Assembly: GCA_003142035.1 (NCBI GenBank)
Contig: PLOF01000050.1
Span: 191-64,190, forward strand
Source of the DNA: Candidatus Dormiibacterota bacterium
Lineage (GTDB): Bacteria > Chloroflexota > Dormibacteria > Aeolococcales > Aeolococcaceae
Direction of reading: 5' to 3'
Length of the DNA stretch: 64,000 nt
In this document: positions 41,701 to 51,010 of the stretch, piece by piece
Numbering within the stretch: position 1 is the stretch's first letter
How the letters are laid out: every line of letters begins with the position of its first letter
Program-made: the position numbers and the translations under genes
The notes under the pieces: generated by a model
Database searches by the model: none
What the model saw: only the letters and a program-made list of their open reading frames with translations
What the model was told of the DNA's origin: nothing

Positions 41701-42609
41701 GTGGCGATCCCCTCCAACAAGCCTCAGAACCGGATCCTTCTCGTTGGCGGCATCATCTTCGCCCTGCTCGCGGGCGTAGTGGTCTTCATCGCCGTCTCCA
41801 GATCGTCGAGCACGCCCCCGGCCCAGCCCGAGACGCCGGTGGTTGTGGCGGCGACGGCGATCACCGCCGGTTCCCAGCTCTCGACCGCCAATCTCACCAC
41901 TCGCGAGTACCTGAACATCGACCTTCCGACCAACTACTACACGACCACCACCCAGGTGGTCGGGCAGACCCTCCCCGTCGCGGTCTCTGCCGGGACCCCG
42001 ATCACCGAGGCGTTGCTGCAGGCCACCCCCGGCTCGAGCGGTGCCTCGACCCTGACCACTCCGGGCGACCAGCTCCCGATCGCCAACAACGAGGTGGCCC
42101 TGGCCATCCCGGCCCACGAGGCAACGCCGGACACCACCGTCGATCAGATGAGCGTCGGCTACTACATCCTTGCCGGCGACCAGATCGACATCATCGGTGA
42201 CCTGGGTACCTCCGCCACGGCCAGTCACCAGGTCCAGTACCTCTTCCAGGACATCCCGGTGCTGGCGGTCGGTTACGCCACGCCGACCACCACCCCTGCG
42301 AGTGGAACGGCGACGACGACAGCCGCGCCAACCCTGTCGGCGCCCAGCTACTTCGTGGTCGAGATGAGCAGGTCGCAGGCTGAAGAGATGACCGCGCTGC
42401 TGACCGGTAATTTCACGTCGGTCGCGGGTGGCAACCCCGCGCTCGTCCTCAAGTACGTGCTCCGCCCGACCAGTGAATACGGCACCACCAACTCGAGCGG
42501 CGCCTTCGTCCCCAAGATCGAGAGCAACGTCAGTGCCAGCCCGGCACCGTCCGCCTCCGACCAACCGGTGACGCCGTCGTCGCTGGCCGGGGCGTTCACA
42601 GGCTCGTGA
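41701..42609 (+). CDS. cpaB: Flp pilus assembly protein CpaB/RcpC-like (SAF domain)
   Basis: N-terminal TM (ILLVGGIIFALLAGVVVFIAV), then a SAF-like segment (VVAATAITAGSQL..). GTG start after AGAGGAAAG. Confidence 0.8.
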   Translation: MAIPSNKPQNRILLVGGIIFALLAGVVVFIAVSRSSSTPPAQPETPVVVAATAITAGSQLSTANLTTREYLNIDLPTNYYTTTTQVVGQTLPVAVSAGTPITEALLQATPGSSGASTLTTPGDQLPIANNEVALAIPAHEATPDTTVDQMSVGYYILAGDQIDIIGDLGTSATASHQVQYLFQDIPVLAVGYATPTTTPASGTATTTAAPTLSAPSYFVVEMSRSQAEEMTALLTGNFTSVAGGNPALVLKYVLRPTSEYGTTNSSGAFVPKIESNVSASPAPSASDQPVTPSSLAGAFTGS

Positions 42610-42650
42610 TCCCGGGAGTGCCGAAGGACAAACGGACGTAGGGCCCGGCA

Positions 42651-43631
42651 ATGACCGACTTCCTCCCCCTGCTCGCAGCGGTCCTGGTGGCCTGCTTCCT
42701 GCTCTGCTGGGTCGCCCTGATCGCGACCCGGAGCCGGACTGAGGCCGACGAGGTGGCCCGCCGTCTGAGCGCCTACATGGGCGGTCAGCGGCCCCCCCAG
42801 CCCGAGCGGATCAAGAGCGGGAACCCCCTTCGCGATGCTCTCGACGTCTTCACCGAAGCCATCAACCCGCTGTTCGCCCGGGGCTCCTACGCGGGCAAGC
42901 TCGCCGAGGACCTCCAGAAAGCCGGACTGCGACTCAAGGCCTCCGAATGGATGCTGATCGTCGCCGGTGTGGGGGTGGTGATCGGCGCCATCTTCTGGCT
43001 GCGGTTCGGCACATTCATCGCCTTCATCCCCTGCCCCATCGTGATCTGGATCGCGAGCGGCATCTTCCTCCGCTTCCGCCAGACCCGGCGCACCCGCGCC
43101 TTCGAGAATCAGCTCGGCGACACGATCATCCTGCTCAGCAACGCGCTCAAGGCCGGTCTCTCCTTTGCCCAAGCGATGAGCACGGTGGCGAAGAACGCGT
43201 CACCGCCCATCTCCGAGGAGTTTGCCCGCGCCACCCGCGAGATCGCGCTCGGCATCCCCGTGGACGACGCCCTCCAGCACATGGTGCAGCGCAACAAGTC
43301 AGAGGACTTCGACCTGATGGTCACCGCAGTGCAGATCCAGCGCGTGGTCGGAGGCAACCTGGCCGAGATCCTCGACACGATCGCCTACACGATTCGCGAG
43401 CGGGTGCGCATTCACGGTGAGATCCGGACCATCACGGCGCAGGCCCGGATGTCGGGCATGATCATCACACTCCTGCCGGTCGGGCTCGCGCTGTTCCTCT
43501 TCTTCGTGGAGCCGTCGTACTTCGCGCCGATGATCAAGCAGACCCTCGGTTGGGTGATGCTGGGCGTGGGCGCCCTGAGCATCTTGGTGGGGACGGCGAT
43601 CATCCAGAAGATCGTCAGGATCGAAGTATGA
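42651..43631 (+). CDS. tadB: TadB-like type II secretion system F-domain protein
   Basis: T2SSF domain (LPDxxxLLSxALxAGLSFxQA..) and TM topology typical of TadB. Confidence 0.88.
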   Translation: MTDFLPLLAAVLVACFLLCWVALIATRSRTEADEVARRLSAYMGGQRPPQPERIKSGNPLRDALDVFTEAINPLFARGSYAGKLAEDLQKAGLRLKASEWMLIVAGVGVVIGAIFWLRFGTFIAFIPCPIVIWIASGIFLRFRQTRRTRAFENQLGDTIILLSNALKAGLSFAQAMSTVAKNASPPISEEFARATREIALGIPVDDALQHMVQRNKSEDFDLMVTAVQIQRVVGGNLAEILDTIAYTIRERVRIHGEIRTITAQARMSGMIITLLPVGLALFLFFVEPSYFAPMIKQTLGWVMLGVGALSILVGTAIIQKIVRIEV

Positions 43632-44560
43632 TCGCCTACCTCGCCGGCGCTCTCGCAGCCTGCTCGGTGGCCCTGGTGGTGCTCTGGCTCCGTCAGGCCC
43701 GGTCGCCTCAGGCGGACCTCCTGGAAGCGCGCCTGGCCCAGTTCACCGAGTCCGGGCGCGCCGTCCAGAGCCTGGCCGAGGTGGAGATGACCCTTCCGTT
43801 CTTCGATCGGGTCCTCCGGCCGACCCTGGATCGTTGGGGACGGCGTCTTGCCGCCCGGAACAACCAGCAGCGCACCCAGGCCCTGCAGGAAAAGCTCAAC
43901 CTGGCCGGGAGGCCGTGGGGGCTGACGGTGGGCGGCTTCCTGGTGCTGCGCATCATCGCCGTCATCCTCGTCGGCTTCTTCGGGCTCGCCATCGCCGCCC
44001 TGCTCCAGTTCCCGGTGCCCCAGCTCCTCCTCGGCCCCGTGGCCGGCATCGTCATCGGCTATCTGCTGCCGGACGCGACCATCTCCCGCCGCATGCGAGG
44101 CCGGCAGAAGGAGATCCTGCTGGCGCTGCCCTCGTCACTCGACCTCCTCACCATCAGCGTCGAGGCCGGGCTCGGCTTCGACGCCGCCCTGGGCCGGGTA
44201 TGCGACAAGTACCGCAACGCTCTGGCCTCCGAGTTCAACCAAGTGCTCAACGAGATCCGCCTGGGCCGCCCGCGGATCGAGGCGCTCGACGACATGGCGA
44301 GACGCAACAAGGTGGATGAGCTGAACAACTTCATCCAGGCGATCATCCAGTCGGAACAGCTCGGCGTCGGCATCGCCAACGTGCTGCGCATCCAGTCAGA
44401 GGAGATCCGGCGGCGCCGGCGCCAGCGGGCCGAGGAAACCGGCCAGAAGGCCCCGCTGAAGATGCTCTTCCCCATGGCCTGCTGCATCTTCCCGACGCTC
44501 TTTATCGTCCTTCTCGGTCCCGCCGCCCTGCAGGTTCTCCAGGAGTTCGGCGTCAAGTGA
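43628..44560 (+). CDS. tadC: TadC-like type II secretion system F-domain protein
   Basis: T2SSF domain (LPSSLDLLTISVEAGLGFDAAL..). ATGA overlap with tadB. Confidence 0.88.
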   Translation: MIAYLAGALAACSVALVVLWLRQARSPQADLLEARLAQFTESGRAVQSLAEVEMTLPFFDRVLRPTLDRWGRRLAARNNQQRTQALQEKLNLAGRPWGLTVGGFLVLRIIAVILVGFFGLAIAALLQFPVPQLLLGPVAGIVIGYLLPDATISRRMRGRQKEILLALPSSLDLLTISVEAGLGFDAALGRVCDKYRNALASEFNQVLNEIRLGRPRIEALDDMARRNKVDELNNFIQAIIQSEQLGVGIANVLRIQSEEIRRRRRQRAEETGQKAPLKMLFPMACCIFPTLFIVLLGPAALQVLQEFGVK

Positions 44561-44603
44561 GCCCGGACCGGACGCGCGGGGTCAGACCCGGCGACCGGGA
44601 TGG

Positions 44604-45452
44604 TCAACCCGAGCGGATGGTCTCCAAGACGGCGATCGCCTCGGCAAGGCGACGCTCGAAGCGGATGCGCCAGCGTTCGCGGAGCACCGGGCTCGAGCGA
44701 TAGACGCTGGGCCCCGGCAGCTGGTCGCGGCGCAGCATCTCCGCCAGGTGGGCGAGCTCAGGCTCGAGCTCGGTGAGTCCCAGCCGGGCGACCACATGGA
44801 CCGCAGCCCCGACCCTCAGCAGCTCGCCTGACAACAGCCAGTCGTGGACGGCCGCCACGATGCCCTCGCGGCCCTCCTCGGCAAGCGCCCGCGAGTAGAC
44901 GAGGAGATCCGCTTCCAGGGCATCGGCAGCGTCCTCCAGGCGGCGTTCAAAGGCGGCCAGCACAGCGTCCCTGGCGCCCTGGTGGGCCAGCACAGCGGCG
45001 AGGCCAGGAGCGACCCGCCCGAGGAGGAGCTTCTCGAACGGCGTGAACTCCACGTAGCCGATGCGGTCCGCGGCGATCGAGACGATCCAGGGACTGCCGT
45101 CCGCTCGGAGCAGGCAGAGGTTCTCGGGGAGCCCCGGCTGGCGCCAGGCGAAGAGCCCCGGCGCCTCACTCAGCACGTCGATGCAGGCCTGGTTGAACTC
45201 GTAGCGGAGGAGCCGGACGTCGCCGTTCCGGCTCTCGGAGCGCAGCTGGCTGGACAGGCGGTCGACGATGGCCTGCCCGGCAGGGTGTAGGTCGTGGTTG
45301 GCGTCGAGGCTCAGCACCGCCGTGTCGCACTGGGCGCGGGCACAGACGAGCAAGGCCCGGTAGTCATCGCCCGTCGGTTCGTCGACAAGGTCGTAGGTCT
45401 TGCGACCGGAGACGTCGACGCCGCTGAGGCGGGCGATGAAGCTCCTATCCAT
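44604..45452 (-). CDS. Hypothetical protein (282 aa)
   Basis: Long ORF with high third-position GC and non-repetitive sequence. No family recognised. Confidence 0.65.
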   Translation of the reverse strand: MDRSFIARLSGVDVSGRKTYDLVDEPTGDDYRALLVCARAQCDTAVLSLDANHDLHPAGQAIVDRLSSQLRSESRNGDVRLLRYEFNQACIDVLSEAPGLFAWRQPGLPENLCLLRADGSPWIVSIAADRIGYVEFTPFEKLLLGRVAPGLAAVLAHQGARDAVLAAFERRLEDAADALEADLLVYSRALAEEGREGIVAAVHDWLLSGELLRVGAAVHVVARLGLTELEPELAHLAEMLRRDQLPGPSVYRSSPVLRERWRIRFERRLAEAIAVLETIRSG

Positions 45453-45569
45453 GCTCGTGACCGGGCTCCTCGAGGGTGGCCTTTCCGGCGACCTGGCGCG
45501 ATGGTATCAGGGGGCGAGCCGATACACAGCCACCTCGCCCCTGGAGCCTCGACATGGCCGCCCAGCCAC

Positions 45570-46202
45570 ATGGACGTCACAGAGTCGTTGGCCCCCGGTC
45601 CGGGACGGGCCGACCGTGCTAGATTCGCGCGTGCCGTGCCAGGGTACGGCCTCAATGAGGCCCTCGCCGATCTGATCCTCGTCCTGATCGTCGGCGTCAA
45701 CTGCTACCTCGGTTGGCGCCACGGTCTGGTCCGCCGTGCCATCGCCTGCGTCGCGGTTTATGGCGGCATCCTGGCCGCGTACTACGTGGGCGACCCGCTG
45801 GCCGGGACGCTCGGGAACTCCAACCTGACCGGCAACGCCTGGGCATTCGTCGGCGTGTTCGGGGTGGGCGTGCTGATGATCGAGATCCTCGCCGCGCTCT
45901 ACTCCGACCTGATCAAGAAGACCATCACGGTCATGTTTGACCGCGTCACCGGGCTCGCGGCCGGCCTTGTGGTCGGGGTGCTCGAGCTGGGAGTGGTCCT
46001 CCTCGTGATCCAGGCGGTCGCGGACGCCCCGCCGTCAACGGCCAATGTCTCCTCGGCGATCCGAACCACTCCGGCCATCGCCGTGGACCACGGCGTCCTG
46101 ACCCAGGTCGTCGTCGATCTGGAGCCGGGGATCCAAAGGCTGCTCAGCCCCGCCATTCCCGGCAACATCCAGGACCGGCTGGACCAGTACTCCGCCGGCT
46201 GA
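45570..46202 (+). CDS. CvpA-family membrane protein
   Basis: Four TM helices with a CvpA-like pattern (DLILVLIVGVNCYLGWRHGLVR..). The start is uncertain (ATG 45570). Confidence 0.7.
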   Translation: MDVTESLAPGPGRADRARFARAVPGYGLNEALADLILVLIVGVNCYLGWRHGLVRRAIACVAVYGGILAAYYVGDPLAGTLGNSNLTGNAWAFVGVFGVGVLMIEILAALYSDLIKKTITVMFDRVTGLAAGLVVGVLELGVVLLVIQAVADAPPSTANVSSAIRTTPAIAVDHGVLTQVVVDLEPGIQRLLSPAIPGNIQDRLDQYSAG

Positions 46203-46225
46203 CTGATCTGGCGGGGGCGGGACGG

Positions 46226-46615
46226 TCAGGCGGGAACGGGCTGGTCGGACCCGAAGAAGGAGCGCACGACCGACCCCAGGCCAACCAGGTTGAACGGCTT
46301 GGTGATGAGGTGATTGGCCCCCGCGAGCCGGGCACGCTCGACATCGTCGTCGCCGGAGAGCGCACTGAACATCAGGACCGGGATGTCGGCGGTGGCCGGA
46401 TCGCCACGGATCCGCCGGCATGCTTCCAGCCCGTCCATCCCCGGCATCATGATGTCGAGGATGATCAGATCGGGGCGTTGGGCGTCCACCTCCCGAAGAC
46501 CCTCCTCGCCATTGGAGGCCGTCCTCACCTCATAGCCCTCGATCCCCAGGTACATCTCGACGATGTGGAGCAACCGGGGATCGTCATCCACAACCAGGAT
46601 GCGGCGCTGTCTCAC
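46226..46615 (-). CDS. Stand-alone receiver (CheY-like) response regulator
   Basis: RILVVDDD..ILDIMMPGMDG..FSA..KPF. GTG 46615 gives VRQRRILVVDDD. The longer ORF to 46825 looks non-coding at its 5' end. Confidence 0.82.
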   Translation of the reverse strand: MRQRRILVVDDDPRLLHIVEMYLGIEGYEVRTASNGEEGLREVDAQRPDLIILDIMMPGMDGLEACRRIRGDPATADIPVLMFSALSGDDDVERARLAGANHLITKPFNLVGLGSVVRSFFGSDQPVPA

Positions 46616-46754
46616 AGCGGGAGCTCCAGGTGAGGCGCGGGTTGTGCGGGACGGAGGGTGGACATCTCTCTTTGTGGGGATGATTCTGGACGCTTCGCAC
46701 CGGCAGCGGTGCTGGCGGCCACCAGGATAATGGAGGAGGGTGCTCTTCTGACCG

Positions 46755-47516
46755 TCAGGGACGGGAAAGTGCCGCCTCCGCGGCACCTCGGACCCCGGCG
46801 AAGACCAAACTCTGGTATCCCTCACGCTCGATTCCCCGGTGGATCACGCCGAGGAGGCGACGATTGAAGTCCTTGCGTCGCTGAGCGTCGACCTCGGGCG
46901 GCGGCATGGCGCCGTGGAGCCGCTGGACGATCCAGGGTGGGGTGAGGCGATCCACGCTCTCCGCATTGACGCGGACCTCGACCTCCGCGTCCGCGCACTC
47001 CTCAACAAGGAGCGCGATCCGGAGGCTCTCGCCGGAATGGTCCACCAGCTTCCAGGCTCGCTCCCAGGCGCGGCGCCGGTCGCAGCCGATGAAGACAAAG
47101 TAAACGGGGTCCGTGACGAGCCGGGCCTGGTCATCGCGAAGGCCGGCGAGAAGCAGCTGCCGGATGTCGGCATCGACCTCCCGAGCCACCCAGCTGACCA
47201 AGGAGGGCGCCCGGGTCTCGAGGTCGGGCATCGGGGCGGTGTGACCGACATAGCCGACGGGCAGGGCGCTGACCACGCCGGCATGCCTCCGGCAGTACAC
47301 GCGACCGTCAATGACCAGACGATGATCGGGGCACCACGACGTCCGGCAGTCGTGGCCGCGGCGATCCACGTACTCGCAGGCGAGACCGGTGGTCCTCCCG
47401 CATCCCGGCTGGGTGCAGCGCTGGTCCCCGGCCAGGTCGGCGAGAACGGCGGTGCCGCGTTCCGATCCGGCCCCGGAGATGGCGATGGGCGGTCTCGACA
47501 TGCTCCACGAGGCCAT
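46755..47516 (-). CDS. Hypothetical protein with an N-terminal Cys/His-rich (zinc-ribbon-like) segment
   Basis: CTQPGCG..CEY..HDCRTSWCPDH..YCRRH. ATG 47516 lies 6 nt after AAGGTG. Confidence 0.6.
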   Translation of the reverse strand: MASWSMSRPPIAISGAGSERGTAVLADLAGDQRCTQPGCGRTTGLACEYVDRRGHDCRTSWCPDHRLVIDGRVYCRRHAGVVSALPVGYVGHTAPMPDLETRAPSLVSWVAREVDADIRQLLLAGLRDDQARLVTDPVYFVFIGCDRRRAWERAWKLVDHSGESLRIALLVEECADAEVEVRVNAESVDRLTPPWIVQRLHGAMPPPEVDAQRRKDFNRRLLGVIHRGIEREGYQSLVFAGVRGAAEAALSRP

Positions 47517-47760
47517 GACGGTCACCTTAGCATCGGCCGGCGACCTCATCCGGCACCTTCACCGAGCCGTTGAAGCCGGCCCTCGGAGTGGCCCCCACGC
47601 GGGGTTAGGACTGTTTTTGGGGGCCCCCGAAGATGTGAGATCGGTTGTTACCGACCCTTCGCACTTCACGCATCCCAGGAGGGAGGGATCAGAGCATAGT
47701 TCGCAGGAGCCGCCCTAGCAGCGGCCACTCTACGTGTCATAAGGAGGTGAAGCAGCCGAT

Positions 47761-47961
47761 ATGTTGAGCAACCTTTACCAGCGCCTTCGTGGGCTCATGG
47801 TTCGTAAGACCGAGCTCGAAGAGAAGGAGAAGGGCCAGGGAATGGTCGAGTACGCCCTGATCCTCGTCCTCATCGCCATCGTTGTCATCGTCATCCTGAC
47901 CGTGGTTGGCCACCAAGTCAACAACATCTTCTCGAACATCAGCAGCTCCCTGGGCACGTAA
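47761..47961 (+). CDS. flp: Flp-family type IVb pilin precursor
   Basis: G/MVEYALILVLIAIVVIV Flp motif (Gly, then xxEY plus a hydrophobic helix). AAGGAGGTG SD sequence 10 nt upstream. Followed by a strong terminator. Confidence 0.9.
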   Translation: MLSNLYQRLRGLMVRKTELEEKEKGQGMVEYALILVLIAIVVIVILTVVGHQVNNIFSNISSSLGT

Positions 47962-47985
47962 TCCACCAGGGCACTTGCCGAAAAA

Positions 47986-48014
47986 GGGGAGCCGCACCCG
48001 CGGCTCCCCTTTTC
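47986..48014 (+). terminator. Rho-independent terminator after flp
   Basis: 10-bp perfect stem ggggagccgc/gcggctcccc, loop accc, then tttt. Confidence 0.85.
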
Positions 48015-48068
48015 ATTTCCCCCGTGCTGGACGCCCCGGGCGGCCGGATTCCATGCTTTCGACGTACC

Positions 48069-49706
48069 ATGCCGCCAATGCAGAACGGTCCCTCGGGCGG
48101 CGCCGTGCGAGTGGTCATCGCCAGCGACGCGCCCCAGGCGGTGGCCGAGCTGGACAAGCTCGCCGGCTACGCCGATCAGGTGTGCCTGGTCGGCTTCATC
48201 CGCCATCCCGATGAGCTCGACGAGGATCTCGAGGCGCTCCGGCCCGACCTGATCCTCCTCTACACCGGTTTTGGCGGCCTCGACACCGTGAGCCTGGCGG
48301 CCAACCTGGCCTCCCGATCTGCCCTCCTGCGGGTCATGGTCGTCGTCGATCCGGCGGACGAGCCGTTCATCGCCCGGCTGGAGGACGTCGGCGCCGCCAC
48401 CGTGCCCTCCGACGCCAGCCCGGTGGCCCTAGTCACGGCCATTCGCGGCGCGGCGGCCACCAGTCCGCCTCCGCCCGCCCTCAGCGCCCCTCCGGCGGCC
48501 TCCTGGCCCGAGGTGGACGCCACCCTCCTCTCCCCGCCCCCGGCGGGCACAGAGCCTCCTCCAGGGATGCCCGCGAGCGAGGCGCCCGAGCGGGCGGGGC
48601 AGTCTCCTGCCGTCAGCCCCGGCGGCATCACGGCGTGGCCGGAGCGGCTGCCTGGGGCCGGCCCCACCGGCACCACCATGCGGACCGAGCCGGGCCCGGC
48701 GGCAGTCGCCTTCCCCAGCTCCGTACCGGTCTTCCAGCTGGACACCGCCGCCTTCGAGCCCCCCCCCACCGGCAGCCGCGCGTCCGGACCGGAGTGGCCC
48801 GGCGTCCCCGTGGCGCCCGCGGCCGCGCCGCCAGCCGCCGAGCCGGAGCAGGAGCCCATCCAGCCGCTGCGCCCGCGACCGGCCCGGCGACGGACTCGTG
48901 GCCACGCCGAGCTGGCAGTGGTCTTCTCGGGGAAGGGCGGGGTGGGTAAGTCGCTGATCGCCACCAACCTCGCCGTGGCCCTTGCCGCCGAGGGAGAGAA
49001 GGCGGCGATCGTCGACCTCGACCTCCAGTTCGGCGACGTCGCCGTGATGCTCCATGCCGAAAGCCACCCCACCGGCATTGATGCCCTCGCCCAGCAGGGC
49101 GAGCAGGTCGACCCCGAGTTCATCGATGAGGTCATGGCGACCGGGCCCGAGGGGGTCCGCGCTCTGCTCGCACCGGCCAGCCCAGAGTTCGCCGACCTGG
49201 TCAACACCGCCAATCTGCGTGCCATCCTGCGGGAGCTGGCCAAGGAGTACGACTTCATCGTCGTGGACACCTCGTCTCACCTCGAAGAGCGCACCCTGGA
49301 GGCGATCGAGATGGCCGATCAGATCGTCGTCGTGACCAGCTTCAACTTCGCCGCCATCAAAGACACCAAGGTGACCCTGAAGCTGCTCCAGTCGCTCGGC
49401 GTCGACAGGGACAAGATCAGCGTGGTCCTCAACCAGACCCGGGCCAAGGTGAGCTTCCAGCGCTCCGAGGTCGAGGAGAGCCTCCGCTTCCGGGTGCTCA
49501 CGGTCCTCCCCTTCGAGCCACGGCTGGACGACTTCATCGACGAAGGGCAGCCGATCGTCACCGTCGAACCGAAGGCGGAGTTCAGCAAGCAATTCCGCCT
49601 GCTCGTCGATCACATCAGGGGGGGGGAAGGCGACACCCCGGGCACGGAGCCGGACCGTGCCCGACCCGGGGCACACCGCCGGCGCTTCTCACTCGGACGC
49701 GGCTGA
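48069..49706 (+). CDS. TadZ/CpaE-like protein 1: degenerate receiver, Pro-rich linker, MinD/ParA-type ATPase
   Basis: [24 protein letters not shown]. The N-terminal receiver-like fold lacks the acidic pocket (VVIASDAP). The start is uncertain (ATG 48069 or 48078). Confidence 0.82.
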   Translation: MPPMQNGPSGGAVRVVIASDAPQAVAELDKLAGYADQVCLVGFIRHPDELDEDLEALRPDLILLYTGFGGLDTVSLAANLASRSALLRVMVVVDPADEPFIARLEDVGAATVPSDASPVALVTAIRGAAATSPPPPALSAPPAASWPEVDATLLSPPPAGTEPPPGMPASEAPERAGQSPAVSPGGITAWPERLPGAGPTGTTMRTEPGPAAVAFPSSVPVFQLDTAAFEPPPTGSRASGPEWPGVPVAPAAAPPAAEPEQEPIQPLRPRPARRRTRGHAELAVVFSGKGGVGKSLIATNLAVALAAEGEKAAIVDLDLQFGDVAVMLHAESHPTGIDALAQQGEQVDPEFIDEVMATGPEGVRALLAPASPEFADLVNTANLRAILRELAKEYDFIVVDTSSHLEERTLEAIEMADQIVVVTSFNFAAIKDTKVTLKLLQSLGVDRDKISVVLNQTRAKVSFQRSEVEESLRFRVLTVLPFEPRLDDFIDEGQPIVTVEPKAEFSKQFRLLVDHIRGGEGDTPGTEPDRARPGAHRRRFSLGRG

Positions 49707-49716
49707 GGGGGACGGC

Positions 49717-51006
49717 GTGATCCGCGTCCTCCTCGCCGACGAATCGACCCGCATCATCGAGAACCTCACCAAGCGTCTGGGCCAGGAGGAGGACCTCACC
49801 GTCTGTGCTGTCGCCGGGGACGGCGACACGGCCCTCCAGGAGGCCCTGCGCACCCAGCCCGACGTGGCCGTGGTGGACGCCGGGCTCCCCGGCATGGACG
49901 GCATCCAGACCACCGAGATGCTGGTGCAGTACCTGCCCAACACGGGGGTGATCCTCCTCTCCATGGAGGCCGAGAATGAGGCCTTCCGGCGCGCCATGCT
50001 GGCCGGGGCCCGTGAATTCCTGCAGAAGCCCTTCAGTGGCGACGAGCTGGTATCCGCGATCCGCCGCGTGCACGCGTACGGGCAACGTAAGGGGACCCCA
50101 GCGGCCTCCCCGGCCGCCGACCCCGGTGCCGACGCCGGTGCCGACGCCGGTGCCGCACCCTCACGCGGGGGCAAGCTCTTCACCGTGGTCGGCGCCAAGG
50201 GAGGAGTGGGGAAGTCGGTGATCGCAGCCAACCTCGCCGTGTCGCTCGGCCGGACCTGCCGGGTGGCGCTGCTGGACTGCTCGCTGCAGTTCGGCGACAT
50301 CGGCATCCTGCTGAACATCACCGCCGAGCGCACCATCGCGGACCTGGCGGCCAACAACGCCGTGGCGGATCACGACGTGGTCGAGGACGTGATGGTCGAC
50401 GGGCCGGGTGGGGTGCGGGTGCTGGCCGCCCCGATCAGCCCCGAGCTGGCGGACTACGTCACCACCCAGCACCTGAGGGCTCTGATCGAGCAACTGCGGC
50501 GCACCTACGACTGCATCGTGGTGGACACCGCCACCCACCTCAGCGAGATCAGCCTGGACCTCGTTGAGATGGCCGACAAGATCCTGGTGGTCACCGACCT
50601 GAGCACCACCGGGGTGAAGAACGCTCGGCTGCTCCAGACGGTCATGGGGGTGCTCAAGGTCGACCCGGCGCGCTTCGTGCTCGTCGTCAACCACCGGGAC
50701 GGGGCGGGCGAGCTGGAGCGGAGCTACGTCGAGAACGTCCTCAAGACCGAGGCGACCGTGGAGATCCCGTACGACCCGAACGTGGTCGCCACCTCGATCG
50801 CCCGCGGGGTGCCCTTCCTCCTGTCCCAGCCTCAGAGCCAGGCGGCACTCCGCATCGCCGGACTGGCCGGTCTGCTTTCCTCGGCTGTGCCGGGACGCGG
50901 CCACCCCGGGGCCGGCGCGGCAATGCTCGATGCCGCGCCCCACAAGCGGCGGAGACGGCTCAGCATCGGCCGCAACCGGTCCGGCCAGGCGCCGGCCTCG
51001 GACTGA
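49717..51006 (+). CDS. TadZ/CpaE-like protein 2: canonical receiver plus MinD/ParA-type ATPase
   Basis: VLLADES..VVDAGLPGMDG..LSM..QKPF, then GAKGGVGKSVIAANLA, DCSLQFGD. GTG 49717 follows GAGGGGGA. Confidence 0.85.
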   Translation: MIRVLLADESTRIIENLTKRLGQEEDLTVCAVAGDGDTALQEALRTQPDVAVVDAGLPGMDGIQTTEMLVQYLPNTGVILLSMEAENEAFRRAMLAGAREFLQKPFSGDELVSAIRRVHAYGQRKGTPAASPAADPGADAGADAGAAPSRGGKLFTVVGAKGGVGKSVIAANLAVSLGRTCRVALLDCSLQFGDIGILLNITAERTIADLAANNAVADHDVVEDVMVDGPGGVRVLAAPISPELADYVTTQHLRALIEQLRRTYDCIVVDTATHLSEISLDLVEMADKILVVTDLSTTGVKNARLLQTVMGVLKVDPARFVLVVNHRDGAGELERSYVENVLKTEATVEIPYDPNVVATSIARGVPFLLSQPQSQAALRIAGLAGLLSSAVPGRGHPGAGAAMLDAAPHKRRRRLSIGRNRSGQAPASD

Positions 51007-51010
51007 CCGG

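Noticed and set aside
45570-46202. The four-TM protein as the missing TadV/CpaA prepilin peptidase
   Set aside because: It has no D...IPN or GGGD.K aspartyl-peptidase motifs. The pattern fits CvpA-family proteins.
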